Source: Candidatus Fraserbacteria bacterium (GTDB taxonomy: Bacteria; Bipolaricaulota; Bipolaricaulia; RBG-16-55-9). From it: DNA of 17,332 bases. The position numbers and the translations under genes were made by a program. Below are positions 8,362 through 15,480 of the stretch, one piece after another. How positions within the stretch are numbered: the first letter of the stretch is position 1; every line of letters starts with the position of its first letter. Below the pieces are notes generated by a model that was not told where the DNA came from, made no database searches, and saw only the letters and a list, made by a program, of their open reading frames with translations. The stretch is taken from positions 1 through 17,332 of the forward strand of contig JBBIOR010000030.1 of the NCBI GenBank assembly GCA_037443265.1. Reading direction: 5' to 3'.

Positions 8362-9444
8362 ATGAACTGGCCGGGGATCATCGCCCGATATGGCGAGTAT
8401 TTGCCACCGTTGAAGCGGGAAGCCCTTATTACGCTGCACGAGGGGAACACTCCGCTTCTGCGGGCCCGGCGGCTGGAAGCGCAACTCGACGGCCATCGGA
8501 AGATCTATCTCAAATGCGAGGGTCTTAATCCTACAGGCTCTTTTAAAGACCGGGGCATGACGGTGGCCGTCTCCAAGGCCATAGAAGAAGGTTCGAAGGC
8601 GGTGATCTGCGCCTCGACGGGCAATACGGCGGCCTCGGCTGCGGCCTATGCGGCCCGCGCGGGCCTGAAGTGCTATGTGCTCGTCCCCCAAGGGCAGATC
8701 GCGGTAGGCAAGCTGGCTCAGGCGATCATCCACGGCGCTCAAGTCCTTCAAATCGAAGGGCTCTTCGATGAAGCCCTCAAGATCGTTCGCCAGATCACAG
8801 AGACAGAGGGAGAGAAGATCACGCTGGTCAATTCTCTCAATCCCTATCGCATCGAGGGCCAGAAGACAGCCGCCTTCGAGATCTGCGATGAGTTGGGGGA
8901 TGCTCCGGAGTATCACGCGCTTCCTGTAGGAAACGCCGGGAACATCACGGCCTACTGGAAGGGCTATCGGGAGTATCGCGAGCGCGGGATGATTGAGAGG
9001 CTGCCTAGAATGCTGGGCTTTCAGGCGGAGGGGGCCGCGCCGATTGTGCGTGGCCAGATCGTACGAGAGCCGAAGACGATTGCGACGGCCATCCAGATTG
9101 GAAACCCCGCAAGCTGGCAGGGGGCCCTAAGAGCGCGCGATGAATCGGGAGGCTTAATAGACGCTGTGAGCGACGAAGAGATTTTAAGGGCCTATAAACT
9201 ATTGGCAAAGCTGGAGGGGGTATTTTGCGAGCCAGCCTCGGCGGCGTCTGTGGCGGGTGTGCTGAAGCTAGCCCAGCGGGGGTATTTCCCCAAAGGAGCG
9301 ACAGTGATATGTACGCTGACGGGTCATGGGCTCAAAGACCCGGAGCGCGCGCGCTCTTCCGTGCCGGAGCCGATTCGAGTCCCAGCGGAGATGAAGGCCG
9401 TCTTGAACGCCCTACAGTCTTCTTCTCATAATGATCCGCCATGA
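8362..9444 (+). CDS. thrC: threonine synthase (PLP, short type)
   Basis: EGNTPL, EGLNPTGSFKDRG (PLP Lys), CASTGNT, NSLNPYRIEGQKT, PVGNAGN, EPASAA, LTGHGLKDP; SD AGGAGG at 8353-8358 supports ATG 8362. Confidence 0.96.
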   Translation: MNWPGIIARYGEYLPPLKREALITLHEGNTPLLRARRLEAQLDGHRKIYLKCEGLNPTGSFKDRGMTVAVSKAIEEGSKAVICASTGNTAASAAAYAARAGLKCYVLVPQGQIAVGKLAQAIIHGAQVLQIEGLFDEALKIVRQITETEGEKITLVNSLNPYRIEGQKTAAFEICDELGDAPEYHALPVGNAGNITAYWKGYREYRERGMIERLPRMLGFQAEGAAPIVRGQIVREPKTIATAIQIGNPASWQGALRARDESGGLIDAVSDEEILRAYKLLAKLEGVFCEPASAASVAGVLKLAQRGYFPKGATVICTLTGHGLKDPERARSSVPEPIRVPAEMKAVLNALQSSSHNDPP

Positions 9445-10628
9445 GATATGTCATTCTCGTCGGCGACGGCATGGCCGATTATCCCCTCCCGGAGCTGGGT
9501 GGGAAGACCCCACTGGAGGCGGCTCATACGCCCCATATGGATGCCCTGGCTCAAAGAGCTTCCATCCTCGGCTTAGCCCGCACCATTCCAGAGGGTTTCG
9601 AGCCCGGAAGCGACGTGGGCAACATGAGCATCCTGGGCTACGATCCAAGGCGCTATTTTACGGGTCGTGCTCCCCTCGAGGCCGCCAGCAGGGGCATCGA
9701 ACTCGGCTCGCAAGATGTGGCTATACGCTGCAATCTCGTGACGCTTAAAGAGCAAGACGGCCAGTTGATTATGGCAGACTACAGCGCCGGACACATCTCC
9801 ACAGAGGAGGCCCGCAAGATCATCGAGTCTCTGCGCCTTGCCATAGAAAATGGATGCTTCGAGCTCTACGCAGGCGTAAGCTATCGGCATCTGTTGATCT
9901 GGCGCGGCGGGCTCTCTGCCATTGAGGGCGTAAGACTTACGCCGCCTCATAGCATTCCGGGTCAGCCCATCGAGCCCTATCTGCCTCAAGGCAACGGGAG
10001 TAGGGTTTTGCTTAAGCTCATGGAACGCGCCCGGGAGCTACTTCAGCAGAGAGAAAGCCCCGCGAATGCCATCTGGCTGTGGGGTGCCGGAGAGAAGCCC
10101 CAGATGCCTACCCTAAGGGAGCGCTTCAAAGTCAAGGGCTCGGTCATCTCGGCCGTGGATCTGGTCCAGGGCCTGGGAGTCCTCGCCGGGCTCAAAATCA
10201 TAAGAGTACCCGGAGCCACGGGGTATCTCGATACGAACTATCGGGGCAAGGCCGAGGCTGCCCTGCGCGCTCTGAAGGAGGGCGATGATCTGGTCTACGT
10301 GCACGTGGAGGCCCCCGACGAAGTGAGCCACGAGGGAGATCTTCAGAAGAAAATGAAAGCTATCGAGGACTTTGACGCGAAGATCGTGGGGCCCATCGTC
10401 GAGGGCCTCGACGAAAAATTTTCAATTCTGCTTCTGCCCGATCACCCCACGCCCGTGAGCCAGCGCATCCACAGCTCAGCCCCTGTGCCCTTCATGATCA
10501 TTCGCAGTTCAGAGTTTGAGCGCTACCCTGAACGCGTGTACAGTGAGGACGCGGCGCGAGCGAGCGGCGTCTTCGTCCAAGAAGCCTATCGGCTGATCGA
10601 GTGGCTCTTAGGCCAGAGCCGAGTTTGA
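9441..10628 (+). CDS. apgM: ApgM-like cofactor-independent phosphoglycerate mutase family protein (candidate homoserine kinase/phosphotransferase)
   Basis: GDGMAD, GKTPLEAA, PGSDVGN (phospho-Ser), YFTGRAPLEA, HVEAPDEVSHEGD, PDHPTP, HSSAPVPF; ATGA overlap with thrC. Confidence 0.9.
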   Translation: MRYVILVGDGMADYPLPELGGKTPLEAAHTPHMDALAQRASILGLARTIPEGFEPGSDVGNMSILGYDPRRYFTGRAPLEAASRGIELGSQDVAIRCNLVTLKEQDGQLIMADYSAGHISTEEARKIIESLRLAIENGCFELYAGVSYRHLLIWRGGLSAIEGVRLTPPHSIPGQPIEPYLPQGNGSRVLLKLMERARELLQQRESPANAIWLWGAGEKPQMPTLRERFKVKGSVISAVDLVQGLGVLAGLKIIRVPGATGYLDTNYRGKAEAALRALKEGDDLVYVHVEAPDEVSHEGDLQKKMKAIEDFDAKIVGPIVEGLDEKFSILLLPDHPTPVSQRIHSSAPVPFMIIRSSEFERYPERVYSEDAARASGVFVQEAYRLIEWLLGQSRV

Positions 10629-10641
10629 GGCCGCCGCATGA

Positions 10642-10986
10642 ACTCAGTACACTCATGCCCATGCGCACACGACGGAGCTGGTAGCTCGTCCTCCGCTCAG
10701 CCGGCATCTGAAGCCCCTCCTTGTGCTTTGGGGATTGGTCGTGCTGCGCCATGCCGTGCTGCTTGCGTTCTTGACGTTTATGCTGATCTTGCTAGGCCAG
10801 CGTGGGGCAGATTATCTGGCCGGGAGTCTTACACTCTTCGCGTTCTTACTCGTGGGCGTGTTGGGCGGCGTGCTCGGAGGCTATCTCTCAGAGCGCTGGG
10901 GTCGCTGGCCGGTCATCTTCTGGACCCTCTGGCTGGGTTTCCCGACTATGGCCGGCTTTCTCGTGACATCGGGTCTCCCATCTTAG
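10642..10986 (+). pseudogene. internal fragment of an MFS transporter (three to four hydrophobic segments)
   Basis: Open frame between stops reads ...RHLKPLLVLWGLVVLRHAVLLAFLTF...GVLGGVLGGYLSERWGRWPVIF..., with an MFS motif A-like GxLSERxGR; about 115 codons versus about 400 for a full MFS protein, and no convincing start/SD. Confidence 0.75.
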
Positions 10987-11244
10987 TCTAGCCGATCCTT
11001 GTGGATGCAGGCATGCTATTCTGGATTGCATCTTAGTAAGCAAGTTACTCGCCTCACCTAGCAACTTGACATGCACCCGTTTGCCCTTCTCGGGTGTCCA
11101 GCTGATAATAGCACGTACCCACCCCCCCCACTTGTCAAGGGCATCATTGGGTCACTCAAAAAGTAGCGCAATTCTGTGACACAGGGGAAGAGAGATCCAC
11201 TTCCGCGCTCTTGACGGACAGGGACGCTTTGCACCCAAGAGCAT

Positions 11245-11273
11245 TTGAAAACTCTGTGGCCGTCCAGTACTCT
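11245..11273 (+). promoter_or_regulatory. candidate sigma70 promoter for mutL
   Basis: TTGAAA (11245-11250), 17 bp, TACTCT (11268-11273), 15 bp before ATG 11289. Confidence 0.55.
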
Positions 11274-11288
11274 CTCTCCAGAGATTCC

Positions 11289-13019
11289 ATGAGAGTCCGC
11301 GAACTGGATGCCCATCTCGTCAACAAGATCGCTGCCGGAGAAGTGATCGAGCGGCCAGCCTCCGTCGTCAAGGAACTCATCGAGAACAGCCTCGATGCCG
11401 GAAGCACTCAGATTGAGGTTCTCATCGAAGGCGGAGGCCTCCAACGGGTTTGTGTCTCGGACGATGGCTGCGGCATGGACCACCATGATTTATTACTGGC
11501 CATCCGGCGGCATACCACCAGCAAAATTCAATCTGAGGACGATCTCTATCGCATCAAGACTTTGGGCTTCCGCGGGGAGGCCTTGGCCAGCATCGTGGAA
11601 GTCTCGCGGGCGATCATCATCTCGCGTAGTGAAGAAGCCGCCGAGGCCACGCGCCTCGAGATCGAAGGCGGGCAGATCAAGAGCGTGCGAGCCGAAGGGC
11701 GACGCCGAGGAACGACCGTGGACGTGCGCGATCTCTTCTTCAACACGCCCGCCCGACGAAAATTCTTAAAGAGCGAGAAGACAGAGTCCTTTCACATAGT
11801 AAGGACAGTCAAACGCTTTGCGCTGGCGTTTCCCAAGGTTCACTTCCGCCTGCTCCACAGCGAAAGGCTCGTCTTGGAGTCTCCCCCCGCAAAAGAGCTA
11901 CGCGCCGTGATCGCGCAACTCTACGATCCTGAGCTTGCCCGATCCCTCTTGGAGGCCAAGGCCGACGGGCGAGAGATGCGCGTGCAGGGGCTCGTAGCAC
12001 CCCCTCAGCTGGCCCGAGCCGATCGCACTGAGCAGCATATTTTCGTCAACGGCCGCTTCGTCCGAGATGCGGCCATTCAATACGCGATCTCTAAGGCCTA
12101 CGAGGGGCTGCTCGAAAGAGACAAGCATCCTGTGGTGTTCTTGTTCTTGGAGATCGACCCGCAGATGGTGGACGTAAACGTCCATCCCAAGAAGGAAGAG
12201 GTGCGCTTTTCGAATCCACAGCTCGTGCAAGTGGAAGTGAAGCGCGCCATAAGCAACGCCCTCCTCAGGCGGGGGATGATTCCCTCGCTCAAAGAACCGA
12301 GCTCCGTCGCTAAAAGCGAAGAGCATGGAGTGGAAAGACACCTTCAGTTCCGCAGACTCCGCCAAGAAGCACGTGAGTGGGATCTTAAGCTTGAAAGATC
12401 AGCGCCAGCGACAATCCCTCAAGCTCCGCTAGGGCACGAGCGGATCATCGGCCAGCTCCACGGCACATACATTCTCGTTCAGACCGAGCAGGGACTAGAG
12501 CTCATCGATCAGCACGTGGCCCACGAGCGCATCTTCTTCGAGAAATATCTAGAGCAGCTGACATCTGGAAGCGTGCGCTGCCAGAGATTGCTCATCCCTC
12601 TCACGCTGGAGTTTTCCATAGATCAGGCCGAGCTGCTGGAGAAACATCTTAATCTACTCGATGAGAGACTCGGCATCGGCCTGGAGCGCTTCGGCGGAGG
12701 GACGTTCCTCCTGCGCGCTTGGCCCGAGAGCTTCTCAGAGGAGCTTACGCGCGAGCTAGCTCTTAGCACGCTGCAGCGCCTGCTGGAAGCCCTAGAACAC
12801 GAGGCCGAGGTAAGCCCGGAGGAGCTGGCCAAGCATGTGGCGGCAGATTTAGCGTGCGAGGCCGCCGTGGTGAAGAACACGCCGCTCAGTCTGCCAGAGA
12901 TGGAAAGCCTCCTCAGGCAGCTTCGGCAGACGAAGAATCCCTATCGCTGCCCGCATGGACGGCCCATTATTCTCAGCTATGCGCTGGGCGAGCTCGAGCG
13001 CGCCTTCGGAAGACGCTGA
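11289..13019 (+). CDS. mutL: DNA mismatch repair endonuclease MutL
   Basis: NKIAAGEVIERPASVVKELIENSLDAG, TLGFRGEALASI, DLFFNTPARRKF, DVNVHPKKEEV, endonuclease motifs DQHVAHER and CPHGRP, clamp-binding QRLLIP. Start placed at ATG 11289. Confidence 0.97.
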   Translation: MRVRELDAHLVNKIAAGEVIERPASVVKELIENSLDAGSTQIEVLIEGGGLQRVCVSDDGCGMDHHDLLLAIRRHTTSKIQSEDDLYRIKTLGFRGEALASIVEVSRAIIISRSEEAAEATRLEIEGGQIKSVRAEGRRRGTTVDVRDLFFNTPARRKFLKSEKTESFHIVRTVKRFALAFPKVHFRLLHSERLVLESPPAKELRAVIAQLYDPELARSLLEAKADGREMRVQGLVAPPQLARADRTEQHIFVNGRFVRDAAIQYAISKAYEGLLERDKHPVVFLFLEIDPQMVDVNVHPKKEEVRFSNPQLVQVEVKRAISNALLRRGMIPSLKEPSSVAKSEEHGVERHLQFRRLRQEAREWDLKLERSAPATIPQAPLGHERIIGQLHGTYILVQTEQGLELIDQHVAHERIFFEKYLEQLTSGSVRCQRLLIPLTLEFSIDQAELLEKHLNLLDERLGIGLERFGGGTFLLRAWPESFSEELTRELALSTLQRLLEALEHEAEVSPEELAKHVAADLACEAAVVKNTPLSLPEMESLLRQLRQTKNPYRCPHGRPIILSYALGELERAFGRR

Positions 13020-13023
13020 GCGC

Positions 13024-13971
13024 TTACTGAGTCTGGGTAGCGGCTTGCCCGCTCAAGCTGAGCCCCTTAAAGCTCCGGCTGATCTCGAGCGTGCCTCTCT
13101 TGAAGCCCTCCTGGGTTAGAAGCACCGTCCCGGCCAGCTGGACTTGCTCCAGCAGACTGCCTACGGTGAATCTCTGCTCGCCGAAGCCCGTCGGCTCAAA
13201 GTGCGTGGAGCTTGAGAAATTGACGCCCTGCTGTGAGCCGCTGAGCTCCAGATCCGCCCCGGTGAACCCTGAGGTGCCAAAGGTGGCAGCAGCTGAAGCA
13301 TCGATGCCCTCAAGAGTTGTCGCCACCGAGACCGTCTCCTCCGAGAACCCTTCGGCGGTGAAGACCGTGGTCCGCGAGATCGTATAATCTCTCACACGGG
13401 CCGTCATGGACCACTGCTCTTGAGCTAAGCCCTTGGGGGTCAGCACGGTCGTACGCGACAGCGAGAGCCCGCTTACCGTCAGCCCTACGGTGAGGACCTT
13501 CTTTGAGAAGCCCTCCGGCGTAATCGTGGTGCTGCCGCTTAAGGAGACTCCCTCGGGCGTCTGGGTTCGAGCGGAAAGCGTCGCGCTGGCAAAGCCCTCC
13601 GGCTTGAACAGCACCGTGGCCGAAAGATTGAAGGGATCGAGCGTGTGAGCCAGCCTCAATTGCTCAGAAGAGAAGCCCTGAGGACTGAAAGACGTCTCGC
13701 TTAAGATGCTTACGCCAGCGATGGCCATGCTCAGCTTAAGCACGGCGCGGCTGAAGCCAGCCAGCGTGAAGACGAGCGTGGTGGCCAGATCCACCCCCTC
13801 AAGCTGGGTAGCGACGCTTGCGCTAAGCGATGAATCCGCTGTCGAGAAGCCTGAGACATCGAAAACCAGACTTACGGAAACGTCCACATCGAACGTCTGG
13901 GCGGCCGCCGTAAGTCCACCCCCCATCGCAATCGTCAGGCAGAGTGCAAACACAACGAGCGATTTACTCAT
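13024..13971 (-). CDS. secreted hypothetical protein with ten ~27-aa beta-hairpin-like repeats (possible beta-barrel/envelope protein)
   Basis: SD GGAGGT before ATG 13971; signal-peptide-like N-terminus (MSKSLVVFALCLTIAMGGGLTAAA-Q); repeated [FIL]xxxG[FL] motifs with alternating hydrophobic/Ser-Thr strands. Confidence 0.85.
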   Translation of the reverse strand: MSKSLVVFALCLTIAMGGGLTAAAQTFDVDVSVSLVFDVSGFSTADSSLSASVATQLEGVDLATTLVFTLAGFSRAVLKLSMAIAGVSILSETSFSPQGFSSEQLRLAHTLDPFNLSATVLFKPEGFASATLSARTQTPEGVSLSGSTTITPEGFSKKVLTVGLTVSGLSLSRTTVLTPKGLAQEQWSMTARVRDYTISRTTVFTAEGFSEETVSVATTLEGIDASAAATFGTSGFTGADLELSGSQQGVNFSSSTHFEPTGFGEQRFTVGSLLEQVQLAGTVLLTQEGFKRGTLEISRSFKGLSLSGQAATQTQ

Positions 13972-14054
13972 CGCCAACCTCCCCCTTTTGTCGATGGTCG
14001 CATCTTTAAAATATAGCGGAAGAGAGCTCCGTCTGTAGGTGGTCTGCATCACTT

Positions 14055-14083
14055 TTGACGCCCCCTCCGGAGGGCAGTAGAAT
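14055..14083 (+). promoter_or_regulatory. sigma70 promoter for the aminotransferase gene
   Basis: TTGACG (14055-14060), 17 bp, TAGAAT (14078-14083). Confidence 0.8.
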
Positions 14084-14139
14084 GGGCGCATTCGGCATGG
14101 CGCATCGAAGACAGAGTGCAGAGGGAGAGGGGGGGGAGT

Positions 14140-15303
14140 ATGCCAGCCTTAGCAGAACGGGTTTCGCAACTGGCTGTTTCCGCGACATTGGTCGTCAAAC
14201 GCAAGGCCGATGAGCTGAGAGCGCGGGGGGCGGATCTCATCGATTTCGGCATCGGGGAGCCGGATTTTCACACGCCGGAGCACATCAAGAGCGCCGCTTA
14301 TAGAGCTATCGAGCAGAATTTCACCAAGTACACGGATGCGGGTGGCATCCCCGAGTTGCGCGAGGCCGTGGCGTATAAATATAGGCGCGATTACGGTGCT
14401 TCGTTGGATCCCAAGCGGGAAGTCATGATCACCTGCGGGGCCAAGCAGGCGCTCTACAACGCGGCCCTGGCCCTCTTTGGGCCCGGTGATGAGGTGATCG
14501 TGCCCACGCCCTATTGGGTGAGCTATCCCGAGCAGATCAAGCTGACCGGAGCCCGCGTCGTGTATCTAGAGGCTCAAGAAGAGAGTGGCTTCAGTCTCAC
14601 GGCCAAAGAAATAGAAGGGGCGCTAACGCCGCGCACCAAAGCCGTCATCTTGAATTTCCCGAACAACCCCTCGGGAGCTACTTTGGAGCCTCAGGAGTTA
14701 CAGAAGATCGTAGAACTCGCTCGTATGCGCGATTTCTATGTGATTTACGATGAGTGCTATGAGCGGTTTGTCTATGAGGGGAAGCCGCTCTCGCCTGCCC
14801 TCTATGGGAAGGAGAATGTGATCATCGCTGGCTCGTGCTCCAAGACATACGCCATGACCGGCTGGCGGATCGGTTGGGCCGCCGGACCCGCTGACGTAAT
14901 TTATGCCATGGAGAAGATCCAGAGCCAATCGACTTCGAATCCCACCTCCATTGCCCAGCGGGCGGCCCTCGAAGCGCTTACGGGCGACCAGCGCTGCGTA
15001 CGCGAGATGATTGCCGAATATCGTCGCAGGCGAGAGGTGATCGTGGAGGGCTTGAACGCCATCCCCGGCATCCGCTGTAATCTCCCCCAGGGCTCCTTCT
15101 TTGTCTTTCCCAATGTCAAGGGGCTCTTTGATGGCTCTATCAAGAATTCGACCGAGTTGGCCGGCTACATTCTTGAGCAAGTTGGAGTTGTGACAATCTC
15201 GGGCCTCGAGTTCGGTCGAGATGGGTATCTGCGGATCTCGTACGCTACGTCCCTGGAGCGCATTCAAGAGGGCCTGCGGCGCTTGAAGGGGCTCTTTGGC
15301 TAA
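14140..15303 (+). CDS. aspC: PLP-dependent class I/II aminotransferase (aspartate aminotransferase-like)
   Basis: FGIGEPDF, GAKQAL, PYWVSY, NFPNNPSG, DECY, SKTYAMTGWRIG (PLP Lys), YLRISYA. Start placed at ATG 14140. Substrate not proven. Confidence 0.9.
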   Translation: MPALAERVSQLAVSATLVVKRKADELRARGADLIDFGIGEPDFHTPEHIKSAAYRAIEQNFTKYTDAGGIPELREAVAYKYRRDYGASLDPKREVMITCGAKQALYNAALALFGPGDEVIVPTPYWVSYPEQIKLTGARVVYLEAQEESGFSLTAKEIEGALTPRTKAVILNFPNNPSGATLEPQELQKIVELARMRDFYVIYDECYERFVYEGKPLSPALYGKENVIIAGSCSKTYAMTGWRIGWAAGPADVIYAMEKIQSQSTSNPTSIAQRAALEALTGDQRCVREMIAEYRRRREVIVEGLNAIPGIRCNLPQGSFFVFPNVKGLFDGSIKNSTELAGYILEQVGVVTISGLEFGRDGYLRISYATSLERIQEGLRRLKGLFG

Positions 15304-15330
15304 AGTCTTCAGGGGGACCTGTCACCTTCC

Positions 15331-15465
15331 CTGCTGCTATACCACCGAGGCTTGAGCCTGCGCAAGGTGGCGGCGGAACTTTGGGCCGATCTGGCCCTCT
15401 CGTCGTGGGGGCCGGATCTAGAGAGTGTGCGTCGGTGGTTGCAGACCTACGCGTGGACCTACTAG
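15331..15465 (+). mobile_element. transposase-like helix-turn-helix remnant
   Basis: Reads LLLYHRGLSLRKVAAELWADLALSSWGPDLESVRRWLQTYAWTY-stop with no upstream start or SD, matching the LYxxGLSLRxVA...xVxRW pattern of IS6-like and other transposase N-terminal HTHs. Confidence 0.55.
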
Positions 15466-15480
15466 TTATGGGAGGCTATG

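Noticed and set aside
10638..10991. 117-aa ORF MNSVHSC...
   Set aside because: Low-complexity shadow of the MFS-like frame, which carries the recognisable motif.
10888..11076. 62-aa minus-strand ORF MHVKLLGE...
   Set aside because: No recognisable motif and half of it is antisense to the MFS remnant; a short peptide cannot be excluded.
11060..11100. GGGCAAAC on the minus strand suggesting a c-di-GMP-I riboswitch
   Set aside because: The following GAAA-tetraloop stem and the GACGCAAAG-like element are absent.
10979..11290. Possible CRISPR array or leader in the intergenic region
   Set aside because: Only one pair of 9-bp direct repeats; no 25-40 bp periodic repeats and no cas genes.
12505..12545. 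MutL endonuclease motif reads DQHVAHER instead of DQHAAHER
   Set aside because: The metal-binding D, H and E residues and CPHGRP are intact; treated as ordinary variation.
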